Source: Octopus sinensis
Lineage: Eukaryota
Direction: 5' to 3'
DNA: 64,000 bases
NCBI RefSeq assembly: GCF_006345805.1
Contig: NC_042997.1
Location: 33,046,001 to 33,110,000 of the forward strand
The notes below the pieces were generated by a model, which made no database searches, was not told the DNA's origin, and saw only the letters and a program-made list of their open reading frames with translations. Of the stretch, positions 14,701 through 27,607 are shown piece by piece (position 1 is the stretch's first letter; the number at the start of each line of letters is the position of its first letter). The translations under genes and the position numbers were made by a program.

Positions 14701-15389
14701 TACTAAGTCAAAAGGTTCTTATGCTTTGCATAGTCAAGAATATGTCTTTTACTAAAGATCTCAGTAGTATGGGTTAACTGTTGATACGAAATCTTTTGTG
14801 TGGGACACAGGAAAGCAAGTTTCAAGAACAGAAGGATAAAATATCTCCCATTGCTAAGAGTTTTAGCTATTTATTGATCTCCAGCCATATCAAATGATTT
14901 ACTATGGAATGTGAAGTCTCAATATTTATTCTTGACTGGGTAATAAACCAATGAAATAGGAGACTTTGATCAATAAAATGATTTGTTGTTCACATGTCTA
15001 GATTTATTATTGAGATGCTTGTTTTATTGTTGAAATATTTTTTTTTTTGGACCATTAACTTCAATAATATTTTTGCCTGCATTTGTATTTGCACTGTTTC
15101 AATTTTAATATTGTCCAATTATCTTCTCATCAATGCCAAAAGGATTTTGTCCTGGTACATACAAGAAATGTGACTCCCTAATCCTCACTGAAAGCAACTT
15201 GTCAAGCACATCAAATGCTTGGAATTAAAACTGGTTAAGTGGGTAGATTGGGGTCCATTAGTATGGCAAAACAGTTTCTCTAGTGTTGGGCATAAAATGA
15301 ATAAATCATATCCACTCTGCTAGTTGTTAAGGAAAGACATCTAGAAATATAAATTGAATTAAACGTGCACTACATCAAATACAGTTATT

Positions 15390-15476
<87 letters not shown>

Positions 15477-15755
15477 CTCTTCTCCTCTCTCTATACATAA
15501 GGAAATGAGATGGCAAAAGAATAAATGAGTATCTTATTGACTTTGTTATCTAACAGCTGTTTCTGCTGCAAGATGCAGTGAACTCATAGACAAGTGCCTG
15601 GGTAACATCGTATAGCTTCATTGGAGTCTATATATATATATATATATCGGAATGGTCATTTTGCCAGTTTAGCCAATAAAAACACATGCACTATATATTT
15701 GGTGTTACTTTGCTTCAGTGTTATTTATTTTTTACATTAAACTTAATTTTATTTC

Positions 15756-15800
15756 GGCCAGAGTTCTTTTGTCACACTCCTGTGACCGCATCAGTGGTCC
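15756..15800 (-). ncRNA. Degenerate type I hammerhead motif of a different family
   Basis: Minus strand reads GGACCA-CUGAUGC-G-GUCACA-GGAG-UGUGAC-AAAA-G-AA-CUC-UGGCC. Stem II is 6 bp, NUH=CUC, helix I is CCA/UGG. There are two core deviations (A9 to C, G12 to A). Confidence 0.5.
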
Positions 15801-16326
15801 TTTGCTTTCTTCTTTCTTATTTGTGTGTCTCTCCTTACTAACCGTCAGCCATTTTGTATTTCTATAGTCTGTGTCTTCATTTGCGCATACGTATATCTCT
15901 ATATATTCTCTGAAGCAGCTGAACCATTCCTGAGAAAAGACATATTCCATTGTCGTTTTAGTATTTGCTTCTTCCGAAGGCCACAACAATTTTCATTTTT
16001 TGTACATTTGTGCATTTGTTCAGATAACAATGAGAAAAATAAATGCACAAAAGTGAGACACCCAGCCATACATTTACCACTACACCCAGCCAATACTATC
16101 ACCCCAGAATATCAAATCAGGTTTTTCCTGTAGATGACAGAGTGGGAGAGAGGACAAATGCCATAATGCAAGACATTCTAGAGAGATTGAGAGTAGAGGA
16201 ACTGGTGAAAGGAAATTGATATGAGTCTAAATCATAAAAAAGGAATTGTATGATGTGACACAAGTAGTGTTGCAATAGAAGTCATTCTGGAAATAGAAGT
16301 TAAGGTGGGGCTTGAAACATGTCTTA

Positions 16327-16715
16327 TGGATGGAAGCACTCTGTCGGTTACGACGGCGAGGGTTCCTGTTGATCCGATCAACGGAACAGCCTGCTCGTGA
16401 AATTAACGTGTAAGTGGCTGAGCACTCTACAGACACGTGTACCCTTAACGTAGTTCTCGGGGATATTCAGCGTGACACAGAGAGTGACAAGGCCGGCCCT
16501 TTGAAATACAGGTACAACAGATACAGGAAGTAAGAGTGAGAGAAAGTTGTGGTGAAAGAGTACAGCAGGGATCACCACCATCCCCTGCCAGAGCCTCATG
16601 GAGCTTTTAGGTGTTTTCGCTCAATAAACACTCACAACGCCCGGTCTGGGAATCGAAACTGCGATCCTACGACCGCGAGTCCGCTGCCCTAATCACTGGG
16701 CCATTGCGCCTCCAC
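16327..16715 (-). mobile_element. tRNA-derived SINE family C with an 11-bp TSD
   Basis: Head ggaggcgcaatggcccagtg.ttagg...gtttcgattccc; TSD aacatgtctta at 16316-16326 and 16716-16726. Other copies near 3222-3565(+, duplicated head), 20518-20899(+) and 24180-24345(-). Confidence 0.85.
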
Positions 16716-17159
16716 AACATGTCTTAAGAAGAAGGGTGATTGTGGTTACATCAATGTTGTAGAGCTAGATGAGATGTCATGCTGAAAGGCATAAATCTAG
16801 CATGGGGATGGGACTGCACACCATTGAGATTCAAACTGATTGAACCATGGTATGTGGATGGGTAGGATCAGGGATCACCAGTGAGAAGAGAATATGACTG
16901 GCAGGGGCCTCTCAATTAACTCTCCCTTCCTCACCTGGCATCAGTTCCCCGTTTGCTTCCAGGTAGACCCCTAAGCTATTCCCTTCTGGTTGGCTGATAT
17001 CTTTGAAACCAAACAGCTACAAGAAGCTACTCAATTAGCAGGAATAGTCATCATTGGACATAAAAGGTTAAGGAAAGGTTGTATATGAGAAGGTTGTATA
17101 TTAATGAATAAAAATTGTTGTACATATACGTACATGTGTAAGTCAACGTGTGTATGTAT

Positions 17160-17205
<46 letters not shown>

Positions 17206-17229
17206 TGTGTGTGTGTATGTAAGGTACAA

Positions 17230-17324
17230 ATAGTTGTATTAATGATAGCATTAGTTCTGTAATTAAAACAAATTTTCTAAGCATAATTAAATAAAAATTT
17301 GTAAGTATAAATAATAAAAATAGA

Positions 17325-17355
<31 letters not shown>

Positions 17356-18673
17356 AAGCTGTTTGAACATAAATAACAATAATAATAATAAGAAGAATAA
17401 TAGCAAGAACAATAACAATAATAGTAATGAGAAATATATTTATATTCAGTTAAATGTAAAATATATTTCTGCGCATTTCCATTAGTAATGTATGTGAAAA
17501 AAATGTTAAAAAGAACTTTCCAGAATAACTAGCTGAAATTTGTTAAAAGATTATTATAAATAAATGGATAAAATATGGTATTAATTGAATGATGATGGAA
17601 ACATGATTGTTTTACCTTCAGTTTCTTGTCTCAATCAAAAAAAACAGGATTCCCTGTTCTGTAAAATGGAAGTATTGTATTTACATAACCAGGATTCTCA
17701 TTTTGCATGAGTAAATTTGTAGGAGTAAATTAAGAAAATTAATATTCAGGAAAATAAAACTTAAAAACCTTGGTACATAATACATTAGCATTGAATCTTC
17801 TTAGAAAGGGAGATGAATTTATATTAGGATTTCACTAAGTAATTGAAAAAAAAAAAGTTAATGTATACATGTATATATATAGACATACATACACAATTAT
17901 TTATACAATCATAGGCATAAACTTATATGCCTTTATATACAAATATACATACACAATGCACTAGATGCACAGATGCACAGATATATATATCTTACATATC
18001 GCAACCACACATATTCACATACTAATTCTTAATGAGCAGAACAAGTATGAAATTTCAAATATCTATTCATGAAATATACTACAACCAAGTATAGACTGTC
18101 GTGTTCATAAGACCAAAACCTATGCACATATACAGATTCACATCAGCATATATACAGACACGGAAAGTCTACATATACATTAATATTTCAAATACATGAC
18201 AGTAATACAAAAACATCCATTTAAAACTTACTAAACTTACTAATTCATGAACAAACAACTTCATTTTGTTTTCTACTTTGACATATATACTAATGACCCC
18301 ACTTCAGTTACTAGTACATTTCTATCAAAAGTTCTCCAAGAATCTGTTATTCCTGGAAATATATTTACTCTGTTTTTATAAATTAACATGATAAGAACTG
18401 GTGAAGAGCTAAAATACTCCTCTGCACATTTTTTTAATTAGCAATCTCTCATTTGTTATCTATTTTCATCCAGGCAGACTGTAACATTTGAGAATTAAAT
18501 ATCCTGAACATGGACACAATACACTGACAATAACTAAATCTGAACCATGCCTCATTCATCTGTTGTCCAGATTCTCTCACACAAGTGACAGACAAAATAA
18601 TTTTTCCTTCAAAGCAACAAATATACAAACAGAAAAAGGGGTAATAGAAGAATGACTAAGTACTATAAATGTC
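17230..18673 (-). other. Probable 3' UTR of the secernin-like gene
   Basis: About 1.4 kb of AT-rich sequence with no recognisable interspersed repeat directly after the stop. Candidate ATTAAA signal (minus strand) at 18433-18438. The true 3' end is unknown. Confidence 0.45.
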
Positions 18674-19191
18674 TTACCTTTTGCTATAAAGTACCATTTC
18701 TTTGTGGACAGCCATTCTGAAAAGTGTCTTTTTGGTACCTTTATTTAATTGAAGCTTCTCCGGGTCATTGATAAAATCTTCTGTTTCTCGAATAATGCCG
18801 GCTTGCAGTGTGTTCATCTCCTTAAGCCACTTATCTGATTCCCGACCTTTCGTGCCACAACTTAGATACACACGTTCATGTTCCTCAAACAAAGGTGTGC
18901 TGCGATCAACTCTCCGACGAAACCTTGGGATACATTTAGCTGGATCTTCAGAACCAAAATTTGGGGATTTTGTGCTTGCACCAATATTAGCCCCATCGGT
19001 GAAAACAAAGGGTTTAAATATAGAGAAAACAGGATCAGGTGTTCCAGTTAGCCAATGGCAAGAAGCTAATGGTGAGCCAGGTGGACGGATAAAGGAAACG
19101 TGTGAGCTCATTGTACGAAATACTCCTTTCATATTAATCCCACTCGGTTCGTCTTTTAGAATGCTGATCATATCAGCAACACAGAATCGTT
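18674..19191 (-). CDS. SCRN: Secernin-like gene, terminal coding exon
   Basis: (K)RFCVADMISILKDEPSGINMKGVFRTMSSHVS...CHWLTGTPDPVFSIFKPFVF...SPNFGSEDPAKCIPRFRRRVDRSTPLF...LYSKR-stop, matching secernin M..ILRD..SGI.M, TGTPDP..S.FKPF.F, DP.K..PRF...VDR. Acceptor ccttttcAG; in frame with the previous exon (A+AA=Lys). Stop TAA at 18676-18674. Confidence 0.95.
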
Positions 19192-19280
19192 CTGAAAAGG
19201 GAATAATAAAGGAAAAGTATATTTATTTCTAGATCTTATTTAATTTTTTAATCTGATGATGATGATGATGAAGATGATGA

Positions 19281-19352
<72 letters not shown>

Positions 19353-19499
19353 CGATGATTTTGATGATCACAAGAAACAGACAGCACACAATCACACACA
19401 TGCACACACAAACACACACACACTCACACACAAGCACACACACTCATGCATACACAAACTCGTGCACATTCACACATTTATTTGTTGGTTCATTTTACA

Positions 19500-19758
19500 C
19501 AGTGGTTCTCAACTGGGGTCCATACGGACCCTGGGGAATCCATCTGAGATGTTGTTGTTGTTAAAGTTTATGTTCAATGAATTGGCTATGCTTCTGTATT
19601 ACACAAAATATTTTAACGATTTATTTTATACAACTCCTAATAATATTTAATTATAAAAATACTGTAGAATTTTTCAAACATTGAATAGTTATGAGGATCC
19701 ACTCAAGTAAAATTGGAACCAGAGGGGTCCATAGGCAAAAAATGGTTGAGAACCACTA
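19500..19758. mobile_element. hAT (Charlie-like) MITE
   Basis: TIRs CAGTGGTTCTCAAC / GTTGAGAACCACTA and subterminal ggggtccat repeats. Confidence 0.75.
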
Positions 19759-20387
19759 TTGTTAAATTTTAACATGATATAATGTTGATCTGACTTGACT
19801 GACAAGTTAATTTACAATGTTTATTTGTAAGTTCTGATTTATTTTTGACTGTTTTTTTTAATATATATATATAATATTAGGTTAGTTTTTCTCAGCTGAC
19901 AGGCATTTGCGTCTAATGAACTTATCATTAGTACAATATTCCATCCCAATGCAGCGGACCTCTTCTATTTTTCCATAGTGGCATGTATTAGACAGGAAGT
20001 TAATTGAGGCATGATTTTACAGCCTGATGCTCTCCCTGTCACCAACACTTACTTGCTGTTCAAATAAGGGATGAGACTTTATAATGATCCAAATACCCTC
20101 AAAAGTATTGAACAACTGGTCATAATGTTAACAAAGAATGTTGACACCATCACCTTTTTTGCATTACAAGTGACAAACATAGAATACCAATTCTCATGTG
20201 CATTTTGTCAGCTGAGTGTATTGGAGCAATATCAAATTAAATGGTTTGCTCAAGAACACAACATCTGGCACAGTCCAGGAATTGAAACCACAATCTTGCA
20301 GTCAGAGGGTAACCCCAAAGTCACATGCCTCCACACACACATACACGTATGTATGTATGTGTGCATGAATGCATATGTATATAAGTA

Positions 20388-20510
<123 letters not shown>

Positions 20511-23176
20511 GTGTGTGTGTGGAGGCGCAATGGCCCAGTGGTTAGGGCAGTGGACACACGATCATAGGATTATGGTTTCGATTCCCAGACCGGGCGTTGT
20601 GAGTGTTTATTGAGTGAAAACACCTAAAGCTCCACAAGGCCCCAGCAGCAGGTGGTGGTGAACTCTGCTGTATTCTTTCCAAACAATTTTCTCTCACTCT
20701 TCTTCCTGTTTCTCTTGTACCTGTATTTCAAAGGGCCAGCCTTGTCACACTCTGTGTTACACTGAATCTCCCCGAGAACTACGTTAAGAGTGCACATGTC
20801 TGTGGAGTGCTCAGCCACTTGCACATTAATTTCACGAGCAGGCTGTTCCATTGATCGGATCAACAGGAACTCTTATCGTCATAACTGACAGAGTGCCACG
20901 TATATATATATATATATATACACATACGCACACATACACACACACATACACATGCCTACATACACACATGCATATATGTGCTTATGCAGGAAAACATGCA
21001 CGTGCATACACAAACACACACACAGTGAGAGAAAGAGAGATAATTGGTATTTCCTTCTTTTCAGCATTTCTGTATGAAAATTTCTATTAATTTTCTTGGA
21101 AAACAATTATTGCTCTAAATTACTCATTGCTTATTAAATATAATTTTCATATTTTGTTTCATGAAAATATAATTTTCACAAGGATATCATAAATATCAAA
21201 ATACTATTGCAATATTCATATTAAGAAGAAAGGGAAAAATATTTTTCCAGGATGAATTATTTTACATTTTCAATCATTAGATTATTGTTGAGTGTTGGGC
21301 CTCATGGAGGCAAAGTGGCTGAGTTCCTTTTATAGAACTGTGCACTTTGGCTGTTGTGTGCATGCTCACATGTCCTAGATAGGAAGCTTCATGCTAGGGA
21401 GAGAGAGCACTGTCGTTCAAACAGTGCTGGTGCAAGGTAGTGTTTCTTTTTGAAACTCGTGTGTTGTGTTGTGCTTAAAAATGTGCTTATATTCTTGAAT
21501 GATAAAATGTAGAATTAGATTATTATCTTGCTTCCAGCTTCAGTGTTGCTGCCAGGATTTGAAAAATAGGGTAGATTTTCCCCCCTTAGTTTGTGATTTA
21601 GGGGGCATTTTTGAAAAAACAAGGTGGTTGGGGGTTGCAGAGGTGTTCAGTGAACAAATAAAACACACTACCTGGCAGTGGCTAAAATGTCAACCAACAA
21701 AATTTATGTTCTCAACTGGTACATATTTTATCGACCCCAAAAAGATGAAAGGCACAACTGACTTCAGCAGAATTTGAACCCAGAACATGAAGATGGACAA
21801 AATGCCCCTAAGCGCAGGAGTGGCTGTGTGGTAAGTAGCTTGCTTACCAGCCACATGGTTCTGGGTTCAGTCCCACTGCATGACATCTTAGGCAAGTGTC
21901 TTCTGCTATAGCCTGGGTTGACCAATGCCTTGTGAGTGAATTTGGTAGACGGAAACTGAAAGAAGCCCATCGTATATATGTATATATATATATATATGTG
22001 TGTGTGTGTATGTGTTTGTGTGTCTGTGTTTGTCCCCCCAACATTGCTTGACAACCGATGCTGGTGTGTTTATGTCTCTGTAACTTAGCGGTTTGGCAAA
22101 AGAAACCGATAGAATAAGTACTGGGCTTACAAAGAATAAGTCCCGGGGTCGATTTGCTCATCTAAAGGCGGTGCTCCAGCATGGCCACAGTCAAATGACT
22201 GAAACAAGTATAAGAGTATAAGCATTTTTCCCTGCATGCTAACAATTCTGCCACCTCAAGGCCTTTATATACACCTACTTATTAATTCTACATCAATATA
22301 TATAATTCTAGTTTTGTACGAAAATAAATCTGAGAAAATACCCAGATGAAAACAAGTGCAGGATTGCTAATTTTGACCTATTTGTGTCTCATTCTGCTTC
22401 AGTGCTATATGAGCAATATTAGATTTTTTTTCCCAATTAGATATTTTATATATTCATCAACATCCATCAATATCAGTTTGTTTGAGACGGTAGTCATCTT
22501 TCTGACTACAACATTGTCTAGATAAAGTCTAAAAATATAATTGTATACAGAATTAATTCTTGTAATCAATGGTTTTGTTCCATATATTTTCTTCACATAT
22601 TCTCTTTACTCTTTTACTTATTGGGACTTATTCTTTGTAAGCCCAGTACTTATTCTATCTTTTGCCGAACCGCTAAGTGACGGGGACATAAACACACCAG
22701 CATCTGTTGTCAAGCAATGCTAGAGGGACAAGCACAGACACACAAACATATACATACACATACATACATATACATATATACGACAGGCTTCTTTCAGTTT
22801 CCGTCTACCAAATCCACTCACAAGGCATTGGTCGGCCCGAGGTTATAGCAGAAGACACTTGCCCAAGATGCCACACAGTGGGACTGAACCCAGAACCATG
22901 TGGTTGGTAGGCAAGCTACTTACCACACAGCCACTCCTGCGCCTTCTATATGTATAGAAAATTTATTATATAGGTAGTTCCTATAATATATGTATATCCA
23001 CAGAAAGATATGTGTATATCTCTCTACTGGTTAACCAATTCATTTCTCAACATCAGGGTTCTGTCAATATTATTGAAATATTTCATCATTTCTATATATA
23101 ACTTATGATATTCCTCTTGAAAAGCAGTCTGAATGTATTTTTCACTGTCATTCTATGAAAGTATTTCTCGGTGATA

Positions 23177-23576
23177 TCTTTATATATAAAAGTGAAGTTG
23201 TGTGTCTGTCTCCTACGATTTAGATTCCTAAATACTCCCACATTTTGCGGTGCAGTTTAACCAAAACCGGGTATCTTATAGTCGTGATTCATATCGAGCC
23301 CTTCTGGGTATTAGCGCGCGTCTATGATGAGTCTACGATTTTAAAAATAATTTACCATCATTTTTTTCCATTTTAATGCATTTTTTTCGCTATTATATAA
23401 GGGAAGTAACTCTCTAAAAATTTCTATGATGAGTCAACGATTTAAAAAAAAATTTACCATAATTTTTTTTCCATTTTTAATGCATTTTTTTTGCTATTTT
23501 TTGGCTATAACTCTCTAAAAATGCTTATATAGTTATTTCCCTTACAAACCCGAGCAACGCCGGGCGATACTGCTAG
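23177..23576 (+). mobile_element. Non-autonomous Helitron
   Basis: A|TC...cccgagcaacgccgggcgatactgCTAG|T, no target-site duplication, internal tandem duplication. Confidence 0.9.
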
Positions 23577-26338
23577 TACAATATAAAGTGACTGCTTCAT
23601 TTTCTTAGTCCATTTCTGGTCAATTTTATAGTTCAACCACCTACTACATATTGTGTGACTAAACAAGTCATTGTTAGTGATTCAAGTGCAGCTGACAAGC
23701 TGAATAGTCACCAAAACATCTAGATTTGCTGCAAGGTAACTTGCAATAGGTATTTCATATTTTCTTTACGTCATCTATTTTGAAATCCGTTCTTCCTATT
23801 TGTTTAATTCTTATAGACATCAAGTCATAGAATCAATGTCCTGTTAAGATTTATTGTGTATTCTCAGTGATTAAATAACTCTCTTAGATGAGCTAAAACT
23901 GTACTACCATGGTTCATGTACATATCTACTACTACTACTGCTGCTGCTCTACATTTTGTATCGAACACTCTGTGTTTTTATAGATAATATATCGATCAAT
24001 GTATTAAGAAATACCTATATTAAAATCACATCCATAACAGAGCTCTACTTATTTGCAGAACAAACTATAGATAAATTGATGGAGATGTGTATAATAGTTT
24101 ATATTAATTGATTGATTTTGATCTTTTGATTTTTCCAGTTTCAGCTAATGAGCTGTGGCCATGCTGGGGCACCACCATTTGTGGTGAAAGAGTACAGCAG
24201 GGATCACCACCCCCTGCCGGAGCCTCGTGGAGCTTTTAGGTGTTTTCGCTCAATAGACACTCACAACGCCCGGTCTGGGAATCGAAACCGCGATCCTGCG
24301 ACCGCGAGTCCGCTGCCCTAACCACTAGGCCATTGCACCTCCACAATTGTATATGTCATCTATTGTATATTTGATTGTATATTTATTGTAAGAAACTCCT
24401 TCCAAACAAGATTTCTGAATAAGATTATGGAAAAAAATAAAGAAAAAATGAAACAGCAGTACATTTCAGACCATTCAGTAAGATGGAACTTCCCTCAAAT
24501 ATAAGTATACCTGTTACATAATCAAGTTCTTATTTTATCTTTGCTGATGATTGTACAACACTCCGTGAAACCCATGAGGACAAGGTATAACATCAATCAT
24601 CATCATTGTTATTTAATGTCCATTTTCCATGCTGGCATGGGTTGGACAGTTTAACAGGAGCTTATAAGGCCTAGGGTTGCACCAGGCTCCATTGTCTCTT
24701 TTGACATGGTTTCTATGGCTGGATACCCTTCCTAATGCCAGCCACTTTACAGAGCGTTTCCAACAAAACTAATATTTGTACTTATGCTTGTGCCAGGTAA
24801 TGAGAGATTAAAGTAGAATAAGGGGAACATGAACAAATATCTTGTTGAAGAGGAGATACATAGATACCCAAACTAGAAAAAGGGAAATGGTGGTAATGAG
24901 GTGTCAGGTGTACCCTCAGATTACAGGAAGGTATATATAAGTGAAGCAGAGCAATAAATTAGATGGGATGAGTGGATATTTAAATTCACAAGGTGGCTGT
25001 GTGGTAAGTAGCTTGCTTACCAACCACATGGTTCCGGGTTCAGTCCCACTGTGTGGCATCTTGGGCAAGTGTCTTCTACTATAGCCTCAGGCCGACCAAA
25101 GCCTTGTGAGTGGATTTGGTAGACGGAAACTGAAAGAAGCCCGTCGTATATATGTATATATATATATATGTGTGTGTGTGTGCATGTATGTTTGTGTTTG
25201 TCCCCTAGCATTGCTTGACAACCGATGCTGGTGTGTTTATGTCCCCGTCATTTAGCGGCTCGGCAAAAGAGACCGATAGAATAAGTACTGGGCTTACAAA
25301 GAATAAGTCCCGGGGTCGATTTGCTCGACTAAAGGCGGTGCTCCAGCATGGCCACAGTCAAATGACTGAAACAAGTAAAAGAGTAAAGAGTAAAAGGGAG
25401 AGAGAGCATTAGATTGGATAGGATGAGTGGATATTTAAGTTCACAAGAGTGTGAAAGAAGAGTGGTAGATGGATAGAGATGGGGATAGATGTGATTTCAG
25501 TGAATGGTGGACACATGATGAGGCATGGTCAATGGTGAATATCAGTTTTAGAGTTAGTTTAATCATCAACCATTTGCTCATATGCAAGCTTATAATGAAA
25601 AGATATACAAATTTTAAAAGAGGCTTTTGTTCTTTTCACTATCTTGTACACTTATATTTTTCCAGATATGGTGATCATTTGTTGAAATATGTTTTAAGGT
25701 GTTATGTTCTATATGCAGTAATCCAAATTCAATCCTATTTTGATCCAGATGGGTTGGTACAAATCCTACCATTCCAGTAATAATAAGTATAAAGCTGTAA
25801 GTATTTATAGGTTAGTGGATTTGCTGACTCTTCTGCAATGATCCATAAAAGTCTTCACAATTGTATCCTTCTGACCAAATTGATGTGAAGTGAGCAGTTG
25901 ATTTCCTCAACAGATCGTGTTATTTTTTTGTGAACCTAGACATCAATTTCAGGTCTGTCCATATGTATGCATGTACACACACTTGTATGTATGTATGTAC
26001 ACACACTTGTATGTATGTATGTATGTATGTGTATGTATGTATGTATGTCAGTCATTGTTCAGTTTTATTTCAAGATTTCTTGCCAATAAAGAAAGAGCTG
26101 GTTTCTAACCTTGATTCAAGGCTCCTTCATTGGAATTTCAATATCAAATGTATGTATGTATGTATGTTGTATGTATGTATGTATGTATTTATGTATGTAT
26201 GTATGTATGTATGTATGTATGTATGTATGTATGTATGTATGTATGTATGTGTGTATGTATGTATGTATGTATATGTGCAGATTTGTATGTTTTACTTTAT
26301 GTATGTATTCTCATGCATATCTGGACATGCTCATATAT

Positions 26339-26512
26339 TTAAGTGATAAACTTCTGGAAAGTTTTACAGATTTTTACAGTTCCAGTGATGGATTGGATCT
26401 GTAGTCTTTGAATTAACTTTCTTCTTTCTGGTTTTGAGAAACTTAATTTCTCAAGATTGGTGTTCAAGCAGTGTGTAACATATCCCAGAGCCCCAATAAT
26501 TACAGGTAAAAA
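26339..26512 (-). mobile_element. Restriction-like-endonuclease LINE (R2/R4 group) 3' fragment
   Basis: FLPVIIGALGYVTHCLNTNLEKL...LQIQSITGTVKICKTF resembles the PV.IGALG...LQ....GT..I ORF end. Confidence 0.7.
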
Positions 26513-26643
26513 CTTGGTACGTATGCATACATACATGTATGCATTCGTGCATCTATACATACATTATGTATGTATGTATATGTGCATATTTATGTGTGTA
26601 TGTATGCATGTACATACATACATACATACATATATATATATAC

Positions 26644-26760
26644 TCAAAATAAGCAACAAGAATGACTCCGGTAATTTGGTACGATCGTTTCGTACTACAT
26701 CATTTTATTAAATGTTGTATTACAACAAATTACCAAAGTCATTCTTGTTGCTTATTTTGA
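26644..26760. repeat. Inverted repeat (35-bp arms) enclosing a hammerhead-like remnant
   Basis: tcaaaataagcaacaagaatgactccggtaatttg ... caaattaccaaagtcattcttgttgcttattttga (2 mismatches). On the minus strand the loop contains a stem followed by GAAAC-GAUC-GUA. Confidence 0.85.
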
Positions 26761-26858
26761 TTATAATCACCCCAAGGATTTTTATGGATAACACCATACA
26801 GAATTCTGGTGCATCTAAATCAAGTACCATATTCATTTGAATCTAAATTTTTACTGAA

Positions 26859-26896
<38 letters not shown>

Positions 26897-27176
26897 TTAC
26901 AGGTTTATCTTTGTGATTTCTCACCAATAGAAAAAAGAATTGACTTTTGATATGCACATGCATGCACACACACACACAACACACACACACACACACACAC
27001 ACAGTGTTTTTCAGTTTTCGTCAATCAAATCCATTCACAAGGCCTAGGGTTAGTTCGCCTAGGGCTAAAGTAGAAGGCACTTGCTCAAGATGCCACACAG
27101 TAAGACTGATCCAGGAACCGTGTGACCGGGAAGCAAACATCCAAACCACATAGCCATGTTTGTGTTTAAATATATA

Positions 27177-27567
27177 TCTTTATATATAAAAGTGAAGTTG
27201 TGTCTGTCTCCTACGATTTAGATTCCTAACTACTCCCACATTTTTGCGGTGCAGTTTAACCAAAAGTGGGTATCTTATAGTCGTGATTCATATCGAGCCC
27301 TTCTGGGTATTAGCGCGCGTCTACGATGAGTCTACGATTTTAAAAATAATTTACCATCATTTTTTTCCATTTTAATGCATTTTTTTCGCTAAGGGAAGTA
27401 ACTCTCTAAAAATGTCTACGATGAGTCAACGATTATCAAAAAAATTTACCATAATTTTTTTTCCATTTTTAATGCATTTTTTTGCTATTTTTTGGCTATA
27501 ACTCTCTAAAAATGCTTATATAGTTATTTCCCTTACAAACCCGAGCAACGCCGGGCGATACTGCTAG
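27177..27567 (+). mobile_element. Non-autonomous Helitron
   Basis: Same family as 23177-23576; ends 40 bp from the secernin exon donor. Confidence 0.9.
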
Positions 27568-27607
27568 TTATGTATATAATTAAAATCAAAGAAACATTAT
27601 TACTTAC

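Noticed and set aside
17325-17356. Overlapping AUUUA pentamers (ARE) on the minus strand
   Set aside because: Indistinguishable from a (TAAA)n microsatellite, and it is not known to lie within the mRNA.
18768-19232. 154-aa plus-strand ORF
   Set aside because: Antisense shadow of the secernin terminal exon.
20518-20600. tRNA-like sequence with A and B boxes
   Set aside because: Head of SINE family C; it continues into the SINE body and I could not fold a full cloverleaf.
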